Part shown: piece by piece, positions 20,901 to 30,731 of the stretch
Position numbering within the stretch: position 1 is the stretch's first letter
How the letters are laid out: each line of letters opens with the position of its first letter
From: Bacteroidota bacterium
GTDB taxonomy: Bacteria > Bacteroidota > Ignavibacteria > UBA10030 > SZUA-254
Length of the DNA: 64,000 nucleotides
Reading direction: 5' to 3'
Assembly: GCA_020056225.1 (NCBI GenBank)
Contig: JAGVIE010000025.1
Span: 38,995 to 102,994 of the forward strand
Position numbers and translations under genes: made by a program
The notes under the pieces: generated by a model
The model's database searches: none
Told to the model about the DNA's origin: nothing
Seen by the model: the letters and a program-made list of their open reading frames with translations, nothing else

Positions 20901-22472
20901 CTAAAGTTTCATAATGAACGCCAACTTAAAGTAAGGCGGTAATGTGGTTGTACTCCCACTCGTAAATGATGCGATGTTAACATCATGTGTGTGTGCCTCG
21001 GACGCCGCAAAACTCACAGGAGCAGGAGATCCAAATATAACATTGGATCCTTCATTGGGCACAGTTGTTTGTGTGTTAGGAGGGTTAACAGAATGTGTGT
21101 GAGAAGTTGACCCGCCTGTTACACCGGGATTTTCTCCGTCAGAAGCTCCCCAGATAAATCTGTCCCGCAAATCCGGGGTTCCGTTAGCTCCATTGCAAAG
21201 CGCCCAACCGGCTGGGATGTTGATCAGCAATCCAGACCACATGACGATTACACCGGATGGTATCGAAGCCGCCGTGATCTGTGAGGTTCCGTCCGGGAAT
21301 TTGAAACCTCCGCTCGTCGAGTGGATGGTTCCGGCAACTTGAAGTTTTTCAGCGGGACTTACCGTCCCGAGGCCGACATTACCTGTGCTAAAATCGCCAT
21401 AAATGAGAGGTGGGTTGGTGAGGCTGTTGGCAATGTAGAGTTTGTTAGAACCGGTTTCATTGTAGCCAGCCTGATTTCCAAGGAACACATTGCTGTCGCC
21501 CTCGCTGTTGTAGCCAGCCTGACGTCCCAACGCAGTATTATAGTTTCCTGTGGAGTTGGAATAAAGCGCAACTATTCCGTTCGCGGTATTATAGCTTCCT
21601 GTAGTGTTGGAATATAGCGCACTGGATCCATTGGCGGTATTTTGGTTTCCTGTACTGTTTAAGTAAAGCGCACTCCTTCCATTGGCGGTATTATAGTCTC
21701 CTGTGGAGTTGGAATATAGCGACTGCCAACCATTGGCAGTATTGTTGTATCCATTAGAGTTGGAGTACAGCGACTGAAAACCATTGGCAGTATTGTTGTA
21801 TCCATTAGAGTTGGAGTACAGCGACTGAAAACCATTGGCAGTATTGTTGTATCCTACAGTATTGGAAAATCCAGATCGGTAGCCAACAAATACATTTCCA
21901 TTAGCTCCTAAGTCATCATTTGTCCCAGCTCCTTCTCCCACAAACACCGATTGCCCTGTATTGTATGTTTCTATTTGTCCTTTGGTTGTGATGCGGGTTC
22001 TCAATACATTATTGGTGCGGATATCGAATGCCTGTGCATCGGTGGTACCGACAAAATTCGTTCCTGCTGTAGTATTTGTATTGCCTTTAATATTCCAACT
22101 ACTAAGTGAATACGGTGCACTTGTTAACTCCGACCTCGGTGAAAATGTTAGGGGAGTTGAAATGCCCGGTCCGGCAAGTGCGGTCACTTCCACGAAAAGC
22201 GATTCGGCAAATATCGTGCTTGTCGGATGGAAAATCACGCTGAACGTCCCTCTTGAAACCGGGATTCCTGTCTGAGTTTCTGTGTACTTTAAACTTCCAT
22301 CAATGGGTAAATTGTAAATATCAAATTTTAAATCGTATCCTCCGTCGGTCACCGGCGTGCCTGCAGAAGTTGTAAGCAATCCCTGGTAAGAGATTTTGTT
22401 TGGTACTTGTGCAAGAGCTATCATGCTTACCCCAAGCACCAAAACCACGAGTATATTAATTAAGGTTTTCAT
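20901..22472 (-). CDS. Secreted fibre/adhesin-like protein: shared N-terminal module, 17-aa repeats, phage tail-collar-like C-terminus
   Basis: QVPNKISYQGLLT; NTANGxxxLYxNxxG repeats; GNVGLGT...KLQVAG; GFKFPDGT; IPSGVIVMWSG...IPAGWALCNGANGTPDLRDRF; LPPYFKLAFIMK. Confidence 0.8.
   Translation of the reverse strand: MKTLINILVVLVLGVSMIALAQVPNKISYQGLLTTSAGTPVTDGGYDLKFDIYNLPIDGSLKYTETQTGIPVSRGTFSVIFHPTSTIFAESLFVEVTALAGPGISTPLTFSPRSELTSAPYSLSSWNIKGNTNTTAGTNFVGTTDAQAFDIRTNNVLRTRITTKGQIETYNTGQSVFVGEGAGTNDDLGANGNVFVGYRSGFSNTVGYNNTANGFQSLYSNSNGYNNTANGFQSLYSNSNGYNNTANGWQSLYSNSTGDYNTANGRSALYLNSTGNQNTANGSSALYSNTTGSYNTANGIVALYSNSTGNYNTALGRQAGYNSEGDSNVFLGNQAGYNETGSNKLYIANSLTNPPLIYGDFSTGNVGLGTVSPAEKLQVAGTIHSTSGGFKFPDGTSQITAASIPSGVIVMWSGLLINIPAGWALCNGANGTPDLRDRFIWGASDGENPGVTGGSTSHTHSVNPPNTQTTVPNEGSNVIFGSPAPVSFAASEAHTHDVNIASFTSGSTTTLPPYFKLAFIMKL
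21728..21854. repeat. Perfect intragenic tandem repeat, 51-bp unit, about 2.5 copies
   Basis: aaccattggcagtattgttgtatccattagagttggagtacagcgactgaa at 21728 and 21779, plus a 25-nt partial copy at 21830. Confidence 0.95.
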
Positions 22473-22488
22473 AAAGTCTCCTTTTTAA

Positions 22489-23190
22489 TTAGTTGTTTGT
22501 TATCCTCGTCAGAATGTATGCGAACTGCCCGGTCTTGCCGTCATATGTAGTGCACTCGTTCTGGTCGAACCACAGCTCAACCCGGAGTGTACCGCTAATG
22601 ACGACCGGACGTGCTGCGACTCTCAACGGCATGTAGGGTGGGCTTCCGCCCGTGGGTACGTACGCGCAAGCCGTCGCCACAACCTGATTAGCTTCCAGCG
22701 ACTGGAACGCGGTGTGCGTGATCACGATCGATATTTTGGGTGAAGCGCTCATAATGTCTGTGCCAAACATTCCTGATGCCGTACCAGCGCATACGAGATT
22801 AAGAGCATATAGAGCCGTATCTGACCTAAACGCATACGGCGCAGTCGTTAGCTCTGAGCGCGGTAAAAGTGTTACCGAATGACTTATACCCGGTCCATCA
22901 GTAATCGTTATTTGTACATACAACGATTCACTAAATATCCCGGATGGTGGATGCAGTATAACACTGAATGTCCCTTTCTCTACACTCACACCTGATTGTG
23001 ATTCTTCATGTTTTAAATCTCCACCAATCGGTAGATTGTAGATACCGAATTGTAGTTCATAGCTCCCATCCTGTACAGGTGTGTCAGAAGAAGTCGTCAG
23101 CAATCCCTGATAAGAGATTTTTTGCGGGACTTGCGCTGAAACAGAAATCACGATAAAACAGCACAACAAGATGGTAATGAAATATTTCAT
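22489..23190 (-). CDS. Secreted protein with the shared N-terminal module and an unrecognised C-terminal domain
   Basis: Signal peptide; QVPQKISYQGLLT...RSELTTAPYA; C-terminal ~100 aa unrelated to the neighbours. Confidence 0.8.
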   Translation of the reverse strand: MKYFITILLCCFIVISVSAQVPQKISYQGLLTTSSDTPVQDGSYELQFGIYNLPIGGDLKHEESQSGVSVEKGTFSVILHPPSGIFSESLYVQITITDGPGISHSVTLLPRSELTTAPYAFRSDTALYALNLVCAGTASGMFGTDIMSASPKISIVITHTAFQSLEANQVVATACAYVPTGGSPPYMPLRVAARPVVISGTLRVELWFDQNECTTYDGKTGQFAYILTRITNN

Positions 23191-23241
23191 AACGGATCCT
23201 TTCTTGAAAAATAATTATGAATTTGTCAGATACTTGTGTAC

Positions 23242-24195
23242 TTAAAATTGAGTAACCATAATCCGGAACGTACCATTTAAAGGATTTTGTGCCGCCGCGG
23301 AATAATTATTAAACCGTACTGTTACTTCGTTATACGCGGAAACCCATGCAGTATAACAGGAATTTGCTGGAACACTGATGTCCGGAAGCCCCAGCGATAC
23401 TACATCACCAGGGATAGCACCGGTAACGGTCAGCAACAAATCCGCATTGCTCTGGGCGTTCGTACTCGGGAAATTCAATGCGATCGTGAGACTCAAAACT
23501 CTTGTTATCGGTGTCCCACCGATTCCTATGGTAACATCCTCAGCTTTGATGTTGCCGTTGACTTCCAATTTTTCAGTCGGTGTTGCCGTTCCAATGCCGA
23601 CGTTCCCGCCGGCAGGATTTAGTGCGAGCGGGGTAGTCCCGTAGTTTTTAAATGCCTGAAGCCGCCAGCTATCGTTATTGTACGGTTCCGATACAAAATA
23701 CTTCGAGCTTGTACTCCAGGTTCCCTGGCTAATCGCCCCGTTGACATGAAGTGGATTCAGCGGTGTTGCCACACCGATCCCAACGTTACCGGTCGTGAAC
23801 ACAACATTCGATCCTGTCGGGACCCACGGTGATAGTGAATAGGGAGCGCTCGTTAATTCTGAGCGAGGAGAGAATGTAATCGGCGATATTATCCCGGGAC
23901 CTGAAGTCGCGGTAACCTCGATATAGAGCGGTTCGCTAAATATCATCGGGAGGGGTCCGATGGTTAGACTGAACGCACCATGGCTGAGAATCACACCGGT
24001 ATGATTCTCCGAATGGCGCAATGTTCCACCGCTGGATGCATTAAAAAATTCGAATCGTAAATCGTACGATCCATCCTGTACGGGCGCACTTGCTGAAGTG
24101 ATGAGCAATCCCTGGTAAGAAATTTTATTTGGAATTTGCCCGTTCGCCAAACATATCAAAAACAAACATAGAAAAAATGTAACAATGTGTTTCAT
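23242..24195 (-). CDS. Secreted fibre-like protein with the shared N-terminal module
   Basis: QIPNKISYQGLL...RSELTSAPYS; two GNVGIG...L(H/E)VNG repeats; C-terminal VTGAIPGDVVSLG...AWVSAYNEVTVRF domain. Confidence 0.8.
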   Translation of the reverse strand: MKHIVTFFLCLFLICLANGQIPNKISYQGLLITSASAPVQDGSYDLRFEFFNASSGGTLRHSENHTGVILSHGAFSLTIGPLPMIFSEPLYIEVTATSGPGIISPITFSPRSELTSAPYSLSPWVPTGSNVVFTTGNVGIGVATPLNPLHVNGAISQGTWSTSSKYFVSEPYNNDSWRLQAFKNYGTTPLALNPAGGNVGIGTATPTEKLEVNGNIKAEDVTIGIGGTPITRVLSLTIALNFPSTNAQSNADLLLTVTGAIPGDVVSLGLPDISVPANSCYTAWVSAYNEVTVRFNNYSAAAQNPLNGTFRIMVTQF

Positions 24196-24711
24196 AATGA
24201 TTCCTCACTTTAATTATGTAATTACATTTTATTTTCTATTAAATATTTTAGCGTTCTATTACTTGCGTTTGAATTGCATCTCCATCGTATTCAGGTGTTA
24301 TAGTTGAAGTAACTCAGTCACAATTCTCGCCTGACTGTCTTATAGAATCTTTGTGTAGGTGCATCATTTATCATTATACAACCGACCAAAGGTAGGTTGT
24401 ATATATACCCAGAGGTGTCGAACTAATGATAGAAAAATATTTATCTATTGTCAAACAAGCATTAATCGTCCTAAGACTTACCAGTGTGTCATTATACAAA
24501 CCGTTGGACAGTTAGAGACAGTTGCTTGATTTACCTCCCTTTATCTCTTGAATTTAGCCTGGAATTAGTGAATTTCTTTAAGTTTAAGGACAGCTTAAAC
24601 CTGAGAAATCGTAGAGTTCGATTCTCAATCGAACCACAGTAAAACATCTCCCCCTTCCTTTCAGGGCTTGTCCTGATCGAAGCGAAAGATAAAAGATTTT
24701 ACAATTTGGTT

Positions 24712-26319
24712 TCAGTCTGGCTCGACTGGATCTTCGGTACTATCTGCGGTTGGTGATGAAGGTAAGCTTGATTGTGTCTCCGGCATATTTTCCTGTTGGG
24801 CTATACCGAGGCCAATCTGATAGAGCATCGGGATGGTAAATTCCATACTTGAATCTACGGTTCTTCCCACAGGCGTCAACAAACCGGTATCGTAAACCGC
24901 TCTGATTCCTTCATCTTCGTTTGGTGCGAGTTTCTCGAAAAGTTTATTTAGTTCCTCCCGTGTAAACCTGATCTTCGAACTTCCCCTGAATACATCGAAG
25001 TGTTTTGCAAGATGCGGGAATTCAGAATAGAGATAAGTATCGCATCTGTAGATGGAAAGCGCGGCAAATGCCTCTTTAAGTGCCTTTGCGCTAATCAGCC
25101 GACCTGATGTATGCTCACCTTCTTTGCGATTGACTTCGATCTGTTTCTCAACGGCAAGATTACCGAGATGGATTTGTTCACGAGGATAGACGTTCCCCAT
25201 TCCATCAGTAAGATTCTTGAGCATCCAGGTATGAGTGAACGGAAAATCCGGCTCAGAATTATCGTCTCTGCCCATGGTCGATTCGAAGAGAACATAAAAA
25301 TATTTCAATACATCTTCTTCTGTACCGTTGATGACATCCGCGACGGCGACCGACTCACCGGTTTGTTCTTCACAATATTCGCGCACAACCGGCTCGGCGA
25401 TAGCTCGCGAAACGAGTAACTTTAAAAGAAGCGAATCGTTCCATTTCATCTCGCTCGTGTAACTCACCAGGTGAGATTTATTGACGATCCGCAACTGACG
25501 GTAAATATCGTAACGAAGAAATATTTTAAAATGAATATTTTTAAAACGATTCGTCTGCTCGATCAGGAGCATAACCAAACCGGTGATTGATGATTTTAAT
25601 TTCTCGAAGTCATCGATAAACAACAGATCGAGTTTATCAAGCATCATCCATGCAAGACAGTTGGTTTCCTGAAGCACAATATCGATATGATCGAGAACCG
25701 CGGTAACGCTCATTCCGGTTTTATGCTTAAAATCACCGGCAAGTATTTTTGGAACCGCCTCATTCGACGACGGCTGATCTTTAAGCGAGGGTTTTACCAG
25801 CGACATAACACGCTGTTTCAACTTTCCTACCGTACTCTTCTCCTGCCCTAATCCCAAATCCTCAACGACCTGCTGGATGATCTTATACGCTTCCTTGAGT
25901 TTCGGATTTTTATTTTTATTGACCATATCGCGGATCTTTGGTTCTTCCGCTATCGCCGTGACGCTTTTCAAACCGATGATCATCAACCAGAAATAACGGA
26001 AATCGTCGATCGAATCCGATTTGATATCGCGGAATTCATTCCCGTATATATATTCTTCATTGTATAATCCATAGACAGGAACACAAAAAATATCTTCATA
26101 ACTTTTCGGAAAGAGGGAACGCAATTTTTCCTTATCGGTGCATAACAACCTGAACGAGGCACTCTTGCCGCTTCCCTTGCTTCCCAAAACGAGAGAATGC
26201 TGTGGTTTCATTACATGCCTCAGCATATCCGTTCCGATAAAACAATTTTCAAAACGGGTATCCGATTCGGCATCTACACGTCCGAAATTCAGCGCTGTTA
26301 ATACTTGTTGTGGCTCCAT
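24712..26319 (-). CDS. P-loop ATPase, Sll1717/FunZ-like family
   Basis: FGRVDAESD N-terminus; Walker A GSKGSGKS; Walker B-like WMMLDKLD; KIFLRYDI; YPRE. Confidence 0.7.
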   Translation of the reverse strand: MEPQQVLTALNFGRVDAESDTRFENCFIGTDMLRHVMKPQHSLVLGSKGSGKSASFRLLCTDKEKLRSLFPKSYEDIFCVPVYGLYNEEYIYGNEFRDIKSDSIDDFRYFWLMIIGLKSVTAIAEEPKIRDMVNKNKNPKLKEAYKIIQQVVEDLGLGQEKSTVGKLKQRVMSLVKPSLKDQPSSNEAVPKILAGDFKHKTGMSVTAVLDHIDIVLQETNCLAWMMLDKLDLLFIDDFEKLKSSITGLVMLLIEQTNRFKNIHFKIFLRYDIYRQLRIVNKSHLVSYTSEMKWNDSLLLKLLVSRAIAEPVVREYCEEQTGESVAVADVINGTEEDVLKYFYVLFESTMGRDDNSEPDFPFTHTWMLKNLTDGMGNVYPREQIHLGNLAVEKQIEVNRKEGEHTSGRLISAKALKEAFAALSIYRCDTYLYSEFPHLAKHFDVFRGSSKIRFTREELNKLFEKLAPNEDEGIRAVYDTGLLTPVGRTVDSSMEFTIPMLYQIGLGIAQQENMPETQSSLPSSPTADSTEDPVEPD

Positions 26320-26389
26320 GTTAACAAATATAATCTTTTATCTTAGAATTTCATATCCTTTTCTATCAATCCACTACACCAGCCATGTT

Positions 26390-27895
26390 TTATTTCCCTT
26401 CAGCCCATTCTGGTGTGATCACTACATCTATGCGCCGGTTCTTCGCCCTACCTTCCGGTGTATCGTTGCTCGCTATCGGTTTGGTCTCACCAAACCCTTC
26501 TGAATTTACCGGGAACTCGACACTCATATTTGCCATTAAATATTCAGCAACCGCATTGGCTCTCTTTTCAGAAAGAGTCTGGTTTATGTCGTCTCCACCT
26601 TGTGAATCTGTGTGTCCCTCGACTTTTATCCGCGAGCGCGGGAATTTAAGTATCGCTTCCTGTACTTTAGACAACAGCGGATAATATTGCGATTCGATGG
26701 CTGACTTGCCGACAGGAAATGTAAGTCCATATAGTCGTAAGATAATTGCATCACCTTCGCGAAGTACATTTCCTTCTTCTTCATTAAACATAGAAGCGAC
26801 TTTCTTGATAGTCGCTTCTTGATTGTGCTGCCTGTCGAGTTTGCGCTGTAATTCTTTCCCTTGTTCCTGAAGTTTCATTTCAGCATCGCTCAATGTGCCG
26901 AGCCGTTTGATCATCAGGTCGATTTGTTGTTTAAGATTCTCGATCTCGTCTTCTTTCGATCTGATATTCACTTCCGCCAGTTTCAATGAATCGGCATAGT
27001 TGCTAATCTTTGCATCCTTTGCCTTGACAGCTGAAATAATATCGATTATCACCGGATCGAAACCGTTTTCAAAATGAGCGTTAACATCCAGCACACTTCC
27101 GATTCTCTTCAGATCGAATTCTTTGGTGAGAAGAATCTCTTCCATCTCTTTCCGATCTTGCTTCATTTTCTCAATCGTTCTATTCAGATATAAAGCATGT
27201 GCGGCTTCGTATTTCGCTCCTTCGGCAAGCTGTCGTGCCTCGTCCGTATCATACCTATTTTGTTTGAGTAAATTTTCTACCTGAAGAGTTAGCTTGCGAG
27301 CGTTCGTGATCGTTTTAGGCGCGTTGTCTGCAACGTCTGTTTCGTCGGCTTGTTTTAACAATTCTCGTGCGGGCGAGAGATAATTTGATTTGATCGCCTC
27401 AAGCTCAGCCGCCCTGTAGTTTACTTCCGCCTCAGCGCCGTACTCCTTTGCGCTTTTTACGTCACCATCTTCCAATTCACGCGCGGCTTTATCAAATTGT
27501 TCTTCCGCTTTCTTCCAGAGTTCCTGTGAATACTTCAATGCGCCTGCACGTTCTGCATCGATGCGCGCACCCATAGCTGTAGTAAATGTTACTTCCCCGA
27601 TTTTACTCTGGTCAATTGCCTTGGCAAAATATGCAGAAGCATTTTTTATCTTCTCACGCATATCTTCAAGACTCTTCCCTTTCTTAAAGTACTCGTCAGC
27701 TTCAGAATAATAATTCATGGCTTTCTCGAAGCTCGAAGGTGAATAAAGATTTGCTTTCTTTTCTCTTGCCTGGTTCAACAGCTTATCTGCATCACCGAAC
27801 AGTTCGTTGCGGAGAGCTTCCTGCGCCGGGGAGAAACAAATTATAGAAAGAATCGAGACAACGATAAAACCGAGACTGCGATATTTAATTTTCAT
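26390..27895 (-). CDS. OmpA-family peptidoglycan-binding protein with long coiled-coil N-terminal region
   Basis: VEGHTDSQG...NQTLSEKRANAV...GFGETKPIASN...NRRID; start moved to ATG 27895 (AAGGAG upstream). Confidence 0.9.
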   Translation of the reverse strand: MKIKYRSLGFIVVSILSIICFSPAQEALRNELFGDADKLLNQAREKKANLYSPSSFEKAMNYYSEADEYFKKGKSLEDMREKIKNASAYFAKAIDQSKIGEVTFTTAMGARIDAERAGALKYSQELWKKAEEQFDKAARELEDGDVKSAKEYGAEAEVNYRAAELEAIKSNYLSPARELLKQADETDVADNAPKTITNARKLTLQVENLLKQNRYDTDEARQLAEGAKYEAAHALYLNRTIEKMKQDRKEMEEILLTKEFDLKRIGSVLDVNAHFENGFDPVIIDIISAVKAKDAKISNYADSLKLAEVNIRSKEDEIENLKQQIDLMIKRLGTLSDAEMKLQEQGKELQRKLDRQHNQEATIKKVASMFNEEEGNVLREGDAIILRLYGLTFPVGKSAIESQYYPLLSKVQEAILKFPRSRIKVEGHTDSQGGDDINQTLSEKRANAVAEYLMANMSVEFPVNSEGFGETKPIASNDTPEGRAKNRRIDVVITPEWAEGK

Positions 27896-27955
27896 GTATT
27901 GCTCCTTTATTAACCTTTTGATTATACCGTAAATTGGAATGATTGTCAAGATGAA

Positions 27956-29242
27956 TTATGATCTATATGATCTGGCAAGAAGGGATACGGGATGAACGAC
28001 CTCCATATTCAACCGATATTTGCGGATTCCATATTGAAGCTGGAGATGACAGCCGGGATTCGCCGTAACAACTATATCAGCTCTCGTGGATGCAAGATTG
28101 TTCATTTTTCTATCTAAAATTTTCATCGAGTCATCATAACGAACCACATTATAAATTCCCGCACTGCCGCAGCACCATGTCGCTTCCGGCAACTCGGCAA
28201 ATTCGATACCCGGAATTGATTGTATCAATTGCCGCGGCTGTTGACTGATCTTCTGAGTATGAACAAGATGACATGCTTCATGGTAAGTAACTTTTATATT
28301 CATGGTGCCCGGTTTTTTTGTGAGTTCAATTTCCATCAAGAATTCTGATATATCTTTTACCTTAGCCGATAGCGATGCGGCACGACTTGCGTACAGTTCA
28401 TCATCGGCAAATACACGGCTATATTCTTTCATGAAAGCGCCGCAGCCGGCTGAATCGGTAATGAGCGCATCGAATTGAAATCGTTCAAACACTTCAATGT
28501 TTTTTCTCGCGAGATTCTTCGCGGCTTCGATTTCACCGTTATGCGCGTGAAGCGAACCACAGCAGACTTGCTTTTTCGGAATCACTACTTCAAATCCATT
28601 TGCCGTTAGAACATCTACCGCATCATGGTGGATATCTGCAAAAGCGACATTCATGATACAGCCTGATAAAAATGCAACCCGTCCGCGTACTTCTCCATTC
28701 GGTGAGATAACCTCGGCAACTTCTTCATCGAAGAATTTATCGTTTATTGTCGGAAGAAGTTTATGCTTCTCGCACAATTGATTCGAAAAGATTTTTAGTA
28801 TCCCCGATTGCTCTACTGCATCATTCAAGCCGCAACGCTGGTAGAAGCGCATCAATCTTGCAGCAGATTTGATCCTTCCGGGTGATGATAGAACATTCTG
28901 TAAAAATATTTTCTTCAGGAATCTTAATCCAAACGGCTCTCTATGCTCTTCTGCAATCTGATTGCGCGCTTCTTCAACAAGCTCACCGAAATGGACTCCT
29001 GCCGGACATGCCGTCTCGCACGCCTGGCAATCCAAACAAAAATACATTTCATCAACAAAAATATCGGACAACGGAAGCTGATCGTTTTGAACTGAATTGA
29101 CAAGACGAATCCTTCCGCGGGGAGAAGATTCTTCACGATAATTCAGATTGTACGTCGGGCATGTCGGCAGACAAAGTCCGCAGTGGATGCACTTGTTGTA
29201 AACATCGTTCAGATGCTGTTTCAATGTTTCAGTCAGCGCCAT
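27956..29242 (-). CDS. glcF: GlcF-like iron-sulfur subunit of a 2-hydroxy-acid oxidase
   Basis: CIHCGLCLPTCP and CLDCQACETACP; two CCG domains; ANPGC; start ATG 29242 overlaps the rhomboid stop. Confidence 0.85.
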   Translation of the reverse strand: MALTETLKQHLNDVYNKCIHCGLCLPTCPTYNLNYREESSPRGRIRLVNSVQNDQLPLSDIFVDEMYFCLDCQACETACPAGVHFGELVEEARNQIAEEHREPFGLRFLKKIFLQNVLSSPGRIKSAARLMRFYQRCGLNDAVEQSGILKIFSNQLCEKHKLLPTINDKFFDEEVAEVISPNGEVRGRVAFLSGCIMNVAFADIHHDAVDVLTANGFEVVIPKKQVCCGSLHAHNGEIEAAKNLARKNIEVFERFQFDALITDSAGCGAFMKEYSRVFADDELYASRAASLSAKVKDISEFLMEIELTKKPGTMNIKVTYHEACHLVHTQKISQQPRQLIQSIPGIEFAELPEATWCCGSAGIYNVVRYDDSMKILDRKMNNLASTRADIVVTANPGCHLQLQYGIRKYRLNMEVVHPVSLLARSYRS

Positions 29243-29907
29243 TTTCGTTTCCTCATGAATGGAAACAAAACCGCTCCTGCGGCAAAGCCGCCTATGTGCG
29301 CCCACCAAGCTATTCCTCCTGCATCCGCGCCGATTCCAAGCGCGAACATTCCGCTGATTATCTGCAGAAGGAACCAGATACCTAAGAAAAGAAAGGCGGG
29401 TAATTCAATAATCTGGAAAAAGAAAAAGATCGGGATCAGCGTTGTGATTTTTGCAGTGGGAAACATAAATACATAAGCGCCAAGTACGCCTGCTATAGCG
29501 CCGCTTGCGCCCACCATCGGTACATTAGAATCGGGGAACATGTAGATTTGTGTGAATGCCGCGGCTAAACCTGCGGCGAGATAAAAAAAGATATATTTGA
29601 AATGACCGAAACGATCTTCCACATTATCACCGAAGATAAACAGGAATAACATATTGCCCAGGAGGTGCATCCAGCCGCCGTGCAAAAACATTGAAGTGAA
29701 CAACGGAATAACCGTTCCGGTATTGACCTGAAATGATTGTAGGTCGCCTGTGAAGTTCAACGGGATAAGTCCGAATTGAAAAACAAAATCCGCCATCTCT
29801 TTTGAAAGAGAGAACTCATAAAGGAAAACCATAACGTTCATCGCAATCAGAAAATAATTCACGACCGGAATTGTTCTGGATGGATTGGTATCTCGCAGTG
29901 GGATCAT
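29233..29907 (-). CDS. Rhomboid-family intramembrane serine protease
   Basis: FLHGGWMHLLGNM, GASG catalytic Ser, AHIGG catalytic His. Confidence 0.95.
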   Translation of the reverse strand: MIPLRDTNPSRTIPVVNYFLIAMNVMVFLYEFSLSKEMADFVFQFGLIPLNFTGDLQSFQVNTGTVIPLFTSMFLHGGWMHLLGNMLFLFIFGDNVEDRFGHFKYIFFYLAAGLAAAFTQIYMFPDSNVPMVGASGAIAGVLGAYVFMFPTAKITTLIPIFFFFQIIELPAFLFLGIWFLLQIISGMFALGIGADAGGIAWWAHIGGFAAGAVLFPFMRKRKWR

Positions 29908-29976
29908 GTATCGGAATTGTTATATGCGATGCAGTTTAAAATTTTAGTTAACCGGTTTATAGAATCTTATCGTTGA

Positions 29977-30627
29977 TTAAATGTGCATTCCCAGCCACTT
30001 CGCAATATCATTCAAACTCTCCTCGTCGATCTGATGGTCCATTTCATATTCGCGGTATGTCAAATCTGCGCCGGCGTTCCTGAGAAGTTCTTTCGCACGC
30101 TTTGCATACGATACAGGTATGATGGAATCGAATTTTCCGTGCCCAACGAATACCGGTTTATTCTTCATCCCGCTCCATGAATATTTTAAATCGCCGTCTT
30201 CGGGTATCAAGCCGCTGTTTGATAGAATACCTTTTACAGAATCGGGCTGGGTGAGTGTGAGAACGAACGACATCATGGCTCCCATGCTGAAACCGAATAA
30301 AAATACTCTCTGCGGATCTATCGGATAACCCTGCTTGACGTCATCAATGAATTTAGTCAGCTTCTGATAACTTTCATCAAACATCTTTTTATCCGGCTTG
30401 CCTATATCGACGATATCGAACCAGGTAAAGCCGCCTGAGTATGCAAACTGATACGGCGCTCTCACACTGATGATGAACAAGCGCTCATCGAGAAACTCCG
30501 ATAAACCAAACAGGTCATTCTCATCTGCGCCACGACCATGAAGCATAATAATCGCCGGAGCTTTACCGGCGGTTTGTGTTCTTGGAGGAAGAATTTTATG
30601 AACAAGCGTGGTTTGGATTAAATTCAT
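29977..30627 (-). CDS. Phospholipase/carboxylesterase (alpha/beta hydrolase)
   Basis: LHGRG, GFSMG nucleophile elbow, HGKFD, DHQI. Confidence 0.9.
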   Translation of the reverse strand: MNLIQTTLVHKILPPRTQTAGKAPAIIMLHGRGADENDLFGLSEFLDERLFIISVRAPYQFAYSGGFTWFDIVDIGKPDKKMFDESYQKLTKFIDDVKQGYPIDPQRVFLFGFSMGAMMSFVLTLTQPDSVKGILSNSGLIPEDGDLKYSWSGMKNKPVFVGHGKFDSIIPVSYAKRAKELLRNAGADLTYREYEMDHQIDEESLNDIAKWLGMHI

Positions 30628-30731
30628 TCTTGATTTTAGATATTAGATTTCTGATTTACAATTTTCAATTGGCAATTATCAATTGACTTTTCTGTTTTTG
30701 AATAAACTGCTTTTAACTTGCTTCCCTTGCT

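Noticed and set aside
21728-21854. Direct repeats that might be a CRISPR array
   Set aside because: Units are contiguous with no spacers, a multiple of 3 long, and lie inside a coding repeat; no cas genes in the window
20901-24195. Prophage remnant because of tail-fibre and collar-like domains
   Set aside because: All three genes have Sec signal peptides, and there are no capsid, terminase or integrase genes nearby
24375-24404. Hairpin upstream of the fibre array as a c-di-GMP or other riboswitch
   Set aside because: The tatacaacc / ggttgtata stem is real, but I could not match any aptamer consensus around it
24610-24637. GAGTTCGATTCTC...CCA resembling a tRNA T-arm or att site
   Set aside because: No D-arm, anticodon arm or acceptor stem can be built; better explained by the simple hairpin gttcgatt-ctc-aatcgaac
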